In this document: piece after piece, positions 38,704 through 47,542 of the stretch | Layout of the letters: every line of letters starts with the position of its first letter | How positions within the stretch are numbered: the stretch's first letter is position 1 | Source of the DNA: a virus | IMG/VR virus record: IMGVR_UViG_3300046170_000524 | DNA: 64,000 bases | Strand: one strand, 5' to 3' | Position numbers and translations under genes: made by a program | The notes under the pieces: generated by a model | What the model was told of the DNA's origin: nothing | Databases searched by the model: none | Seen by the model: the letters and a program-made list of their open reading frames with translations, nothing else

Positions 38704-39110
38704 TTTAATTTAATTATTAAATTCGAAAGTTCTTTGCTGATTGGATTTGGCAAGGTTTTTTCTTCTATCTTAAAAAATCCCCATTCATCATGTTCGAAGG
38801 CATCTTTTGCTGAAGTAGAGGGAAAAATTAAGTTTTTTACTTCAAAAGAAAATAAAGAAAAATATTTATTTGGATGAATTTCAAAATCTCCGACAAACTC
38901 AAGGTCTTTTTTTGCAGAAATTCCTGTTTCCTCAAAAAATTCTCTTCCAGCTGCACTCTTGGGGGTTTCTTTTTTCTCTATCATTCCGCAAGGAACAGAC
39001 CAGTAGCCTGTAAAATTTTGACAAACAAGACTTCTCCTTCCGAGTAAAACTAAGTTGCCAAATTTAACGGCGATGCCTGCGGCGATATAATTTTTATTGA
39101 AGGAAATCAT
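38700..39110 (-). CDS. NUDIX hydrolase
   Basis: Canonical Nudix box GMIEKKETPKSAAGREFFEETGI. Confidence 0.9.
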   Translation of the reverse strand: MISFNKNYIAAGIAVKFGNLVLLGRRSLVCQNFTGYWSVPCGMIEKKETPKSAAGREFFEETGISAKKDLEFVGDFEIHPNKYFSLFSFEVKNLIFPSTSAKDAFEHDEWGFFKIEEKTLPNPISKELSNLIIKLK

Positions 39111-40170
39111 CTATTTTTGCTTTGTTTTGCCAATGCGGGCAGCCCTCATAATTCATTTTCACTATTTCATCTCCTTCTTCAGGCTCGAGTTCGTGTTTGC
39201 AGTCAATGAATGCACTTTTTTTGATTTTACCTTCAACATCTTTTAATGCATAATATTCCATAGGTTTTCTATATGGACAAATAAAAGCTTTAATTGGTTC
39301 CCCATTCTTGTCTAAAATAGGCTTTCCTTTTGACATTTTATAACCATCTTTTCCGCAAGCCAGTGGACCTCCGAAGGTTCCATCTCTTGGGAAGTCTTGC
39401 TTAGCCGCAAGGTTACTAATTGCAGTGGCCTCATTGAAATTATCTAAATATTCTTGAAACTGTGTTAATTGATACTCAAATCCTTCAAGCTCTTCTGGAG
39501 TTATTTTATCCATGCGCAAATAACCTTTTCCGTAATTACCCAAAAGATCTTTATCTAGGTCAAATCTCAAAAATAAAAACTCGCTCTGGGGGTCTGTTTC
39601 TGGCATAAGGTGTTTTACCGCTAAGCAATATATTAAGTTCTGTAAATTATCTGTTACCTCTTTACCTTTAAAAACTGACTTGCTACTTTTAAAATCTCGA
39701 ATAATGACCGAATTGTCTTTATATACAAAAAGTTTATCTATATATCCACGAATTGCATATCTAATACCTTGTTCTTCTTTGTGTATTTCTAAATCAAAAA
39801 ATTGTTCCGACTCTGCTTTCACAGGCTTTTCTTCGCTATCTCCAAAGAAATCACATCGTAGGCCGTTAACTATCATTTCGTCAATAAGTTTAAGATTTTC
39901 TGAATCATTAACAGAAAGCTCTTGAGCTTCTTTTTTTACCTGTGCCGCAACGACTTCCGTATTCCAGATGGTTCCCTCTTTTACTATTTTATTAAATTCT
40001 CTTTTATGTTTATCGCCTAATAGCTCAAATACATTATGACAAATAGTTCCTCGACTTGACCCGTCATTTCCAGAATCTGGAAGCTTGAGCTTGTAATTGC
40101 ACCAATAAGTCCAACTGCAGGTTTGTGCAGTTTTTATTCTACTTGCGGATAATTTTGTTAACTCACTCAT
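39094..40170 (-). CDS. PD-(D/E)XK nuclease (RecB/AddB-like)
   Basis: KLSASRIK, RGTICHNVFE, IRGYIDKL, IRDFKSSK, QNLIYCLA; C-terminal Cys residues. Confidence 0.85.
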   Translation of the reverse strand: MSELTKLSASRIKTAQTCSWTYWCNYKLKLPDSGNDGSSRGTICHNVFELLGDKHKREFNKIVKEGTIWNTEVVAAQVKKEAQELSVNDSENLKLIDEMIVNGLRCDFFGDSEEKPVKAESEQFFDLEIHKEEQGIRYAIRGYIDKLFVYKDNSVIIRDFKSSKSVFKGKEVTDNLQNLIYCLAVKHLMPETDPQSEFLFLRFDLDKDLLGNYGKGYLRMDKITPEELEGFEYQLTQFQEYLDNFNEATAISNLAAKQDFPRDGTFGGPLACGKDGYKMSKGKPILDKNGEPIKAFICPYRKPMEYYALKDVEGKIKKSAFIDCKHELEPEEGDEIVKMNYEGCPHWQNKAKIDDFLQ

Positions 40171-41200
40171 TGTCTATAATTTTTTTATTTTTTAATAAAG
40201 TTTTAGGCAATGATTTATATATTTCATTTATTTTATCTAAGATGAAAGATCTTTGTTTTTCTGGCTCTGTAGATAATAACTTATTCTTCCACGAATTAAA
40301 GTCTTCATCGGTCATTTCTCCGAAATCTTTTTTATTCGGCAAGCATATTGAGATTTGATCGGGATTATAATAGTTTAGTAATTTTAAGTAATTTTTTATA
40401 CTTGCATTAAGACCTCTGTTTTCTCTAGAGCTAAAATCATTGTTCAAAGATATAAAAATCTTTTGGGGGTTTAAAGATAAGGTCGAGCAGACAAGCTTGG
40501 AGGATATATCTAACCCGAATGTTACTAAAACATTTTTGTGGTCATGCTCATGTAAATTAAGCATATCTCCAATACTCTCTACAAAAATAACTGACTGATT
40601 TTCTTCAATTGAAGCTCTTGTTTCTTCATTTACATACAGTGGGTATACCCAGCTTTTTTTCCTACCAATATGTTTCCATTTCGGCCTATCCGAAGATTGT
40701 ATCATGTCTCTTCCGGAAAAGCCGTGTATCTGCTTATGTTCGTTATATATAGGGAAAACAAACCTTTTATTTAGCTTTCCCGTTGTTGCTAATCCACCTT
40801 TTAGGTTTTGTAGGCTTTTAGTTGATATACCTTTGTCATTATAAAACTTATAATGAGGCAGTAATCTTTCAAGACAGTTATCTTCGTATATTTCTTCCAT
40901 TTCTAATTTTTCTGAAAATGTTACTTTATTATAATTTGATCCAATATCTTCTTCGTTAATATATTGTTTGATTTGACTTGGGTCATTTGTTCCTAAGGTG
41001 ATTTCCACCAGCCTTTTGAAGGGAGAAAAAGAACTGTTCTGAACATGGTCTTTCCATACGCCTGTGTTCTTGTAGATTTGAATGGCGGTTTTGTTATCCC
41101 CATTTCTGAATACAGCATTAGTTTGCCAATACGAGCCTCTATCTGCAAGTTTATAGCCCAGGCTTATTAGTGATTCTTTGATTTTTTCTGGAGACACCAT
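40163..41200 (-). CDS. dnaG: DNA primase (TOPRIM, DnaG-like)
   Basis: RFVFPIYN, GFSGR, VIFVESIGD, LNND, KDFGE; adjacent to DnaB. Confidence 0.8.
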   Translation of the reverse strand: MVSPEKIKESLISLGYKLADRGSYWQTNAVFRNGDNKTAIQIYKNTGVWKDHVQNSSFSPFKRLVEITLGTNDPSQIKQYINEEDIGSNYNKVTFSEKLEMEEIYEDNCLERLLPHYKFYNDKGISTKSLQNLKGGLATTGKLNKRFVFPIYNEHKQIHGFSGRDMIQSSDRPKWKHIGRKKSWVYPLYVNEETRASIEENQSVIFVESIGDMLNLHEHDHKNVLVTFGLDISSKLVCSTLSLNPQKIFISLNNDFSSRENRGLNASIKNYLKLLNYYNPDQISICLPNKKDFGEMTDEDFNSWKNKLLSTEPEKQRSFILDKINEIYKSLPKTLLKNKKIIDNE

Positions 41201-42714
41201 TAAATGTTTGGAAGTTCTTCTGCAAATCCTTCAAGCGCTCCTACGCCTTCAGAATCCATATGATCGACTAAATCTTGAAGATCACCTCTTTCTTCTAGAG
41301 CGAAATTTTCCATATGTAAGTTAATGTAGTTTTTTCTTTTACTTCCGTCTGGCATCTCCACGGGTTGGAGCGCTCTGTGTACGTCTTTTCCCAGCCATCG
41401 ATACTTAAGACAAATAAGTTTGTGTGTGCCAAAATTTTCTGGTTCAGATTGAATCTCGTCCATTGTCTTTTGTCTTAAAAGAAAAAGGTGCGAACAAAAT
41501 TGAGTAATTTGGTCAGAAAGAGAGACTATGCTTTCATCGTCAACCACATTTTCAGCGCTTCGATTATTTGTTATTCCAAGCCTATTACTTTGCACGCTGG
41601 TAAGCATAGCTACTGCGGGGACATCATTAAAACATAATTCTTTTTGGATTAGTTGTTTGAATTTATCAACCATTCTTCCTACTGTTTCCCAAGAGCTGGC
41701 GCCATTTTGTCTTTCGTATGTGGTCTTAATATAATCGAAGCTAAAAATCATTTTATTTCCTCGACCTATTTCTGAAAAGTAAAATCTTCTTATAATATTT
41801 AGCATGCTATCTATGCTATGCCCTGCTACATTATAATAGTAGAACTTGAAGTTTTTGATTTTATTCCAAGTACTTCTAACCTTACTTATAATCTCATCAC
41901 CAGCCTGTCTCCAGCGACCTGTTTCAAGTAAATGCATTGGAACTCCTGAGAGAGCAGAGCACTGTCTTATGATCAACTCTTCCTTACTCATCTCTCCATT
42001 ATCAAAATGCAATACCGGCACATGGTTATTCATCTCAGAAACTTTCGTGCAGAAGTCCATACAGAACTGCGTTTTTCCTACTCCTGCTCTTGCCACAACA
42101 ACCGTTATGTTTCCTGGGCGAAGTAAAGAGCCATAAAGATCATTTACTCTTTGATGGGGCCCCATCAAGCCAAACTCATCAATAGGATTGTTTCCTCTCT
42201 CCTCAATAAAGTCTTCCATTTCATCGAATAAATTCTCAGGCTTGTTTGAGCCCATTTCGTATAGATTTATTTTATCATTATATATTTTGTCTGCTTGACT
42301 CACAATGTCATCAAATGAAGCATTAGCTGACAAGGATTTCATGCTTTTTGCTACATCTAGTGAAGAGTTGTGAATCTCTCTTCTGACGGTAATTTTTTTC
42401 AACTCTTGAGCAGCCTTCAATACTCCATCTTTCGAGATTTGCCTAAGGGATAACGCTTTGATGTAGTCGGAAATATTTATATTATCTTCAAAGGATATAT
42501 TTAATGATTGCACCCTTTGCGTAAGAATCACTTCGTCTAGCGCATCTCCTTTTTCAAGGCTTTGCCTTAGCACAGAAAATATCGTTTTATTTACAATAGT
42601 GTTCTGGTCAAAAAAATCTGAAGCGTCTATAAACGAAGCAATTAATGGATAAGTTTGTGGGTGCTTTATTAGTCCCGCGATTAAGTGTTGTTCTAATTCA
42701 TATGAGTATACCAT
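41200..42714 (-). CDS. dnaB: Replicative DNA helicase
   Basis: ELEQHLIAGL N-domain, ARAGVGKT, DNGEMSKEELIIR, FDYIK, SVQSNR. Confidence 0.9.
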   Translation of the reverse strand: MVYSYELEQHLIAGLIKHPQTYPLIASFIDASDFFDQNTIVNKTIFSVLRQSLEKGDALDEVILTQRVQSLNISFEDNINISDYIKALSLRQISKDGVLKAAQELKKITVRREIHNSSLDVAKSMKSLSANASFDDIVSQADKIYNDKINLYEMGSNKPENLFDEMEDFIEERGNNPIDEFGLMGPHQRVNDLYGSLLRPGNITVVVARAGVGKTQFCMDFCTKVSEMNNHVPVLHFDNGEMSKEELIIRQCSALSGVPMHLLETGRWRQAGDEIISKVRSTWNKIKNFKFYYYNVAGHSIDSMLNIIRRFYFSEIGRGNKMIFSFDYIKTTYERQNGASSWETVGRMVDKFKQLIQKELCFNDVPAVAMLTSVQSNRLGITNNRSAENVVDDESIVSLSDQITQFCSHLFLLRQKTMDEIQSEPENFGTHKLICLKYRWLGKDVHRALQPVEMPDGSKRKNYINLHMENFALEERGDLQDLVDHMDSEGVGALEGFAEELPNI

Positions 42715-42720
42715 ATTCGT

Positions 42721-42749
42721 ATGGTATCACACAAGAGAAATAAAGTCAA
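42721..42749 (-). promoter_or_regulatory. sigma70-type promoter, leaderless, for the dnaB operon
   Basis: TTGACT-17-TACCAT-6-ATG. Confidence 0.8.
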
Positions 42750-43027
42750 GGAGTTTCTTCGTCTCCTAAGTCAGGTGGAAGATTGAGTTCTATATTTTGT
42801 GCGGAAATTTGATCCAAATACTCTTCTAAAGCTTTTCTTAATCCCATTTCTATTATTGGTGAATTAGCTTTAGTTATTATAGCTGGCAAACCTTCTTGAT
42901 TTACGTAAGACAATATAAAGCCACTGTCTCCCCCGTTTGATCCAGAGAATTCAAATAATTGACTAATAATATTTTCTGGCAAATTAAATTTTGATAAATT
43001 ATCTGGATCGATAAAGTCGTCGCTCAT
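42746..43027 (-). CDS. Hypothetical acidic protein
   Basis: 93-aa ORF preceded by a GTGTA motif. Confidence 0.6.
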   Translation of the reverse strand: MSDDFIDPDNLSKFNLPENIISQLFEFSGSNGGDSGFILSYVNQEGLPAIITKANSPIIEMGLRKALEEYLDQISAQNIELNLPPDLGDEETP

Positions 43028-43032
43028 ATTAT

Positions 43033-43041
43033 ATTATACAC
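43033..43041 (-). promoter_or_regulatory. GTGTA-class putative phage late promoter
   Basis: Minus-strand GTGTATAAT; 9 nt to ATG 43027. Confidence 0.6.
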
Positions 43042-43044
43042 CAA

Positions 43045-43455
43045 CTATAAATTAACACCAAAACTTTTAAAAAGTTTTTCGTCTACAACATCTCCATCGT
43101 AAATTTCTATAAGCTGTATTTTATTGATTTCACAAAACTTTAATTTATCTCTATCTCTCTGCAGTTGATTGATATAATTAATTTTATTTTTGCCGTGAAA
43201 AAAAGGAACGTATTTTGTATGTTGTTTACCTTGTACCTCTACTGCTATTTTTTTATTGGCGTTATAAAAGTCCAAAGAAAGTTTTGTGCCTGCGACAGGG
43301 AATTCTTCAAAGACGATGTGGTTTTTCCAATATTTATAAAGAAATTTTTTTACATTAAACTGTATTTTACTTCGGCTTGATCCTTCCCAATCTATCAAAT
43401 AATTTTTAGCTTTTTTAACCGCCCTGTCTGCTCCGCTTAAAGTCTTAAAGCGCAT
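43045..43455 (-). CDS. Vsr/DUF559-like endonuclease
   Basis: EEFPV...LSLDFY...IAVEVQGKQH...RDRDKLKFC. Confidence 0.75.
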   Translation of the reverse strand: MRFKTLSGADRAVKKAKNYLIDWEGSSRSKIQFNVKKFLYKYWKNHIVFEEFPVAGTKLSLDFYNANKKIAVEVQGKQHTKYVPFFHGKNKINYINQLQRDRDKLKFCEINKIQLIEIYDGDVVDEKLFKSFGVNL

Positions 43456-44551
43456 TGGTTAAATTTTTAAAATCTTCATAGAGAAAATCCGAAAGCTTTT
43501 CATTTTCTTCTAAAAAGTCAATCAACCTTTGTTCTCCTTGAAATTTCTCGTTAATCTCTAGTTTTTTGTCAGAAAGTTCCTGAATAAGGTCTTGGGATAC
43601 AGAAATCCAAGCTCCTTTCTTTTCTATTAAGTTAAATAGATATAACATGTCTAAAATTTCCCTAGCTCTCCAAACGGACTTGCCGTTTTTTTGCCCGTAT
43701 TTAATGGGGTATCTTACTGTGGAACCTGTTTTTTCGTTTACGCTTTTTCTGAATTTTATTTTGCAGTAATGCCCGATAGGCTCACCTTTATCATCTAATT
43801 TTGTGGCTGTGGGATTTTTGAAGATTAAGTCCGAGTTATATCTTTCTTCAAACTCAAGAATGAAGTTGGCATAATGTTTGATTGCATTGCCACCAGCTTG
43901 CTTTACCCTTGGACCTCCTCTGGCTGCATATGGGTTTGTTGCGACTTCTACGCGAACTTGGCTGGTTAAGATCATTGTGTGACCCATTTTTGTAATTGGT
44001 AAAACCATTTTTTTTAAAAAGACAGAAGTAATTAGTGCTCCGCCCGCTACTTGCTCTGACTCTGCGAAAGGTTTATCTATGTCTCCAACTCTACATAAGG
44101 CATCAACGCTATCAACAATAAACATATATTTTTTATCATTTTCATTATTAAATACAAGCTCTCTAATTAGCTCAAAAACTTTTTCAAATATATTGCAGTC
44201 AAAGCAAAAGAATTTTTCAGGATCAGTATCTATTCCTGATCTTTCAATCATTTCTGGACTAAATCTACCTTCGCTTTTTATGTATATAATCATACCTTTT
44301 TTTCCGAAATGTTTCTGGAAGTTTCTTGCAAATGCCATTGCGCAACTAGTTTTACCTCCTTCGTTAATCCCTGTAAATCTGTGTGCGCCGCTCGGTAGTC
44401 CTCCGCCTAATGCGATATCAAGATTAAGGCTGCCGCTTGAAATTTTGTAATCTTCAGATTCGTGAAAATTGTAGTGGTATTTTTGATTATCTTTGTCAGA
44501 TAAAAATTTTGCTATTTGATCTGTGGTTTGAATGTCTTTAGTTTTGCTCAT
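43445..44551 (-). CDS. recA: RecA-like recombinase
   Basis: ISSGSLNLDIALGGGLP, GINEGGKTS, IVDSVDAL, SQVR, GGNAIKHYA. Confidence 0.9.
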   Translation of the reverse strand: MSKTKDIQTTDQIAKFLSDKDNQKYHYNFHESEDYKISSGSLNLDIALGGGLPSGAHRFTGINEGGKTSCAMAFARNFQKHFGKKGMIIYIKSEGRFSPEMIERSGIDTDPEKFFCFDCNIFEKVFELIRELVFNNENDKKYMFIVDSVDALCRVGDIDKPFAESEQVAGGALITSVFLKKMVLPITKMGHTMILTSQVRVEVATNPYAARGGPRVKQAGGNAIKHYANFILEFEERYNSDLIFKNPTATKLDDKGEPIGHYCKIKFRKSVNEKTGSTVRYPIKYGQKNGKSVWRAREILDMLYLFNLIEKKGAWISVSQDLIQELSDKKLEINEKFQGEQRLIDFLEENEKLSDFLYEDFKNLTNAL

Positions 44552-44876
44552 CTATAAATTGTCGTATGGTTTTACTTTTTTTCGAGATAATTTTATCTTT
44601 ACCCCTTTTTTCCCCAAGAGGAATTTCTATTTTTTCGGGGATGACATAATTAAATTCAGTATATAGTTTTTTTAGTTTAGCGAGCCCGTATTCGGATCGT
44701 AAAATCGCAAGCGATTGTACTTTTTCGAAGTTAACTTTTTCCCAGAAGTCTTGCTTGGGAAAAATTTCGATTAAGTCATTAAGGAGTTTCATTTCCCTAG
44801 CCCAAAACACTCGCTTTTGCTTGCTTGGTTCAATTACTAATTTTTTAATTAAATTTCGCTTATTTAGCTTTGCCAC
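44538..44876 (-). CDS. Hypothetical protein
   Basis: 112-aa basic ORF with GTG start, first gene of the recA operon. Confidence 0.6.
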   Translation of the reverse strand: MAKLNKRNLIKKLVIEPSKQKRVFWAREMKLLNDLIEIFPKQDFWEKVNFEKVQSLAILRSEYGLAKLKKLYTEFNYVIPEKIEIPLGEKRGKDKIISKKSKTIRQFIDEQN

Positions 44877-44882
44877 CTAATC

Positions 44883-44911
44883 ATGATAATCAATTTTGAA
44901 TTAAGAGTCAA
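44883..44911 (-). promoter_or_regulatory. sigma70-type promoter, leaderless, for the recA operon
   Basis: TTGACT-17-TATCAT-6-GTG. Confidence 0.8.
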
Positions 44912-47023
44912 GAATAAAATTGTAATTGGGAGAAATTTGTTTAAATTGTTTGTTGCTAATTGTCGGGCTAATTAGCTTGTTTATTTTTTGTTCAAAAAGT
45001 TTTTTGATGTTAGAGATTTCTTTATCTTTGCATTGCATATCTATTTCGAGAAATATATTCGAGTAAGTGATGATTTCTTGTTTTGTTAAGTCTCTGGGTT
45101 GAATTAGTTCGTGAGACCCTCCTAAGGAAGAATTTGCTTCTAGTTTAAAATTAATTCCGTCTTTCGAGCTTACTTTTATTATTCTTGTTTTTTGTTTTTT
45201 TATAAATAAATTTTCTTCTAGAAGTTTATTTTTTGTGTCTAACAGTTCGTTTAGCTTTTGCTTCAGCCTTTCGCTTGGGTCAGGAAGTTTTCTGTTTTTT
45301 AACTCTTTATTTTCAGAGTTTAATCTATTATTTAAAAAATCTAATTCTGTTAATTTTAATTTTAAATCTCTCACCTCTATTTCGAAAGATTCTGATTTGA
45401 CTCTTAATTTTGAAATATCTTCTTTTAATTTTTTATTTTTAGATAAAAGCTCTTTATTTTCATTCTCCATTAACGAAGCTTTTAGTTTTATTTTCTCGAA
45501 CTGTTCTATGTTTAAGCAGATTTCTGATTTTAACTCTTCTATTTTTTCTTTATTTTGTTTATGGTTCCCTAGTACGGTTTTTATTTCTTTGCGCTTTTAA
45601 TTGTTTCGTCTGCTCGGTTGAGTAGGTTTTGTTTTTTTATTTTGATTTCTTCAATTTCTTTTTCTGCGCAGGCTTTTTGCTGCATAAGCTCTTCAAGATC
45701 TTCTGTTATCTGGGATGTATCTTCTTTTTTGAGAAGCTCTTTCTGGGACTCTATTTTGAGTTTGCGTAGAACCTCTTTATTTTGAGATATTTCTTCTTGA
45801 TATTTTTTCGCTTGATTTTCTTTTAACTCTATTATTTTTAATTCTTGATCTAAGTCTTTTTTTCTTTCAGAAATTTCAATTTCTTCGCTCTCAATCGCTT
45901 TTCTTTGAGCTTCTACTTCCGCGATTTTTTCAAGAATAATTGTATCGTCTGCCATTGCTTTCGGGAATTTTTTACTTAAGCTAATGTGTGCGGCTAGAAC
46001 TAATAATACTGCAAGCGGGTCAAAAACAAAAATAAGTATGATAATTACTATCCTTACAGCCTTACCTATGTCGAACTCCATACCTGTGAAATCAGCTATT
46101 AACTCTGCAACATATTTCACCGGCCCGACTTCCGCTTCTAGCTGTCTCGACCCATCATCGAGATCAAATTTTTGCCTCTCGAGTTCATCTATTCTGTTTA
46201 GGGCTTCAGCTATATTTTGGTTTAATTTTTCAATTTTTAAATCTACATCTTCTGGACTTTCGAATCCAATAGATTGATAATCTTGTATTCTTTTTCTAAT
46301 TTCAGAAATTAATGTAGATGTTTCGTTTCTATACTTAGATATGCGCGACTCTATTTCATTTTTCTTTTTACTCAAGCCCTCTCTTTCCTTCGCTTGTTCT
46401 GTAGTTATCTGTTCTAAGTCTTTTTTCTTACTAGAAAAGAGCCCTCCGGATTTATTTTTAACTGCATTTAACTCTTCATTTAATTTATCTATTCTAGATT
46501 GAATTGGTAACAACATTTTGTTATCAAGCTCTATGTCTTTTTCAAGTTGTTTGGTTAGTTGTTCAATTTTTTTCTGCTCTAAATCTATATTTTCTGAACT
46601 TTTGTTTGATAGGTTTTGATTCTTCTGTTCGCTTTGAGTGATGAGGTCTTTTTGTCTCTGAATGTACTCTTGCTCTCTATTGATTTTTGTTTCAACTTGT
46701 TCTACTAGAGCTTTAGCTTTCACACTATTTTGTTCATGTTCTATATGAGACTTAGATAAAAAGCCAAATATACCCATGCTTGTAATACCCATTAAGACTA
46801 AAATTGCAGAAAATAAATATATTTTTAACGAGGTGGGGGCGGATTTCCAGTTTTTATGAAGCCAGATTGCGGCAACAATTTTTCCAATTTCTAAGGCTGC
46901 TCCCATAGCTATTACGGCTTCTATGGAGCCTGGGAAAATAGTTGCAAGGCCAATTATGCTGAAGTAGGCCGCAATTACAGAAATGCTGAGCGCGGATAAT
47001 AAAGTTAGTAAGGCAAAAATCAT
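44901..47023 (-). CDS. Membrane-anchored long coiled-coil protein (one apparent indel at ~45585 joins two ORFs)
   Basis: Three N-terminal TMs, a central TM (IVIIILIFVFDPLAVLLVLAA) and long coiled coils; adding one A at GCA-AA(A)-GAA fuses 45581..47023 with 44901..45470. Confidence 0.7.
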
Positions 47024-47259
47024 AATATTTTATAATTTGAATTTGGTGATTGTTTTTTGTTTTCCGAATCTATTGTTGATATGTTTGGTCTGTTTGAATT
47101 TGCGTAATGCCCGCCATTATCATTCGCGTAATAATCTCTATCACCTTTGTTTGCGGCAGGATTTATTTCAGACTGAGAAGGATAATCGTTTTCCGAGGGC
47201 GTGCTGTCTCGATTGTCATTACCGTATCGAAAATTCGGGTCATGTGTATGATTGCTCAT
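47020..47259 (-). CDS. Small polar low-complexity protein
   Basis: 79-aa Asn/Asp-rich ORF with a GTGTA motif 9 nt upstream. Confidence 0.5.
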   Translation of the reverse strand: MSNHTHDPNFRYGNDNRDSTPSENDYPSQSEINPAANKGDRDYYANDNGGHYANSNRPNISTIDSENKKQSPNSNYKIL

Positions 47260-47264
47260 ATTAC

Positions 47265-47273
47265 GGTATACAC
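47265..47273 (-). promoter_or_regulatory. GTGTA-class putative phage late promoter
   Basis: Minus-strand GTGTATACC; 9 nt to ATG 47259. Confidence 0.5.
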
Positions 47274-47452
47274 TACTCTTCTGCTATGTCTGACATTTTT
47301 ACTGTAATTATTTGACCATTGTCTAATTTTATTGTTGCAAATATAGCTCCATCGTCCGGACCGCCAATTTCTTCGTATTCACTGGTTACCTCTCCAGTGA
47401 ATTCGTTTCCGTTGACTTTTACAATACATATTTTTTTAGGTTTGTCTGACAT
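47273..47452 (-). CDS. 59-aa small beta protein (missed by the ORF track)
   Basis: MSDKPKKICIVKVNGNEFTGEVTSEYEEIGGPDDGAIFATIKLDNGQIITVKMSDIAEE*; GTGTA motif 9 nt upstream. Confidence 0.7.
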   Translation of the reverse strand: MSDKPKKICIVKVNGNEFTGEVTSEYEEIGGPDDGAIFATIKLDNGQIITVKMSDIAEE

Positions 47453-47457
47453 GTAGT

Positions 47458-47466
47458 TTGTTACAC
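47458..47466 (-). promoter_or_regulatory. GTGTA-class putative phage late promoter
   Basis: Minus-strand GTGTAACAA; 9 nt to ATG 47452. Confidence 0.6.
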
Positions 47467-47531
47467 AATATTAAATATATGAAATGTTGAAAGTTAACTT
47501 TATACTTTTATTAGACTTTACTTTAACTTTT

Positions 47532-47540
47532 GTGTACCAT
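47532..47540 (+). promoter_or_regulatory. GTGTA-class putative phage late promoter
   Basis: GTGTACCAT; 9 nt to the second ATG (47546) of the portal gene. Confidence 0.55.
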
Positions 47541-47542
47541 AA

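Noticed and set aside
39094-40170. Cas4 / CRISPR-associated gene
   Set aside because: It sits in the primase-helicase operon with no other cas genes or array; a generic PD-(D/E)XK exonuclease fits better.
45575-45600. Two separate coiled-coil genes (44901..45470 and 45581..47023)
   Set aside because: One missing A joins them into a continuous reading frame with no intervening stop.
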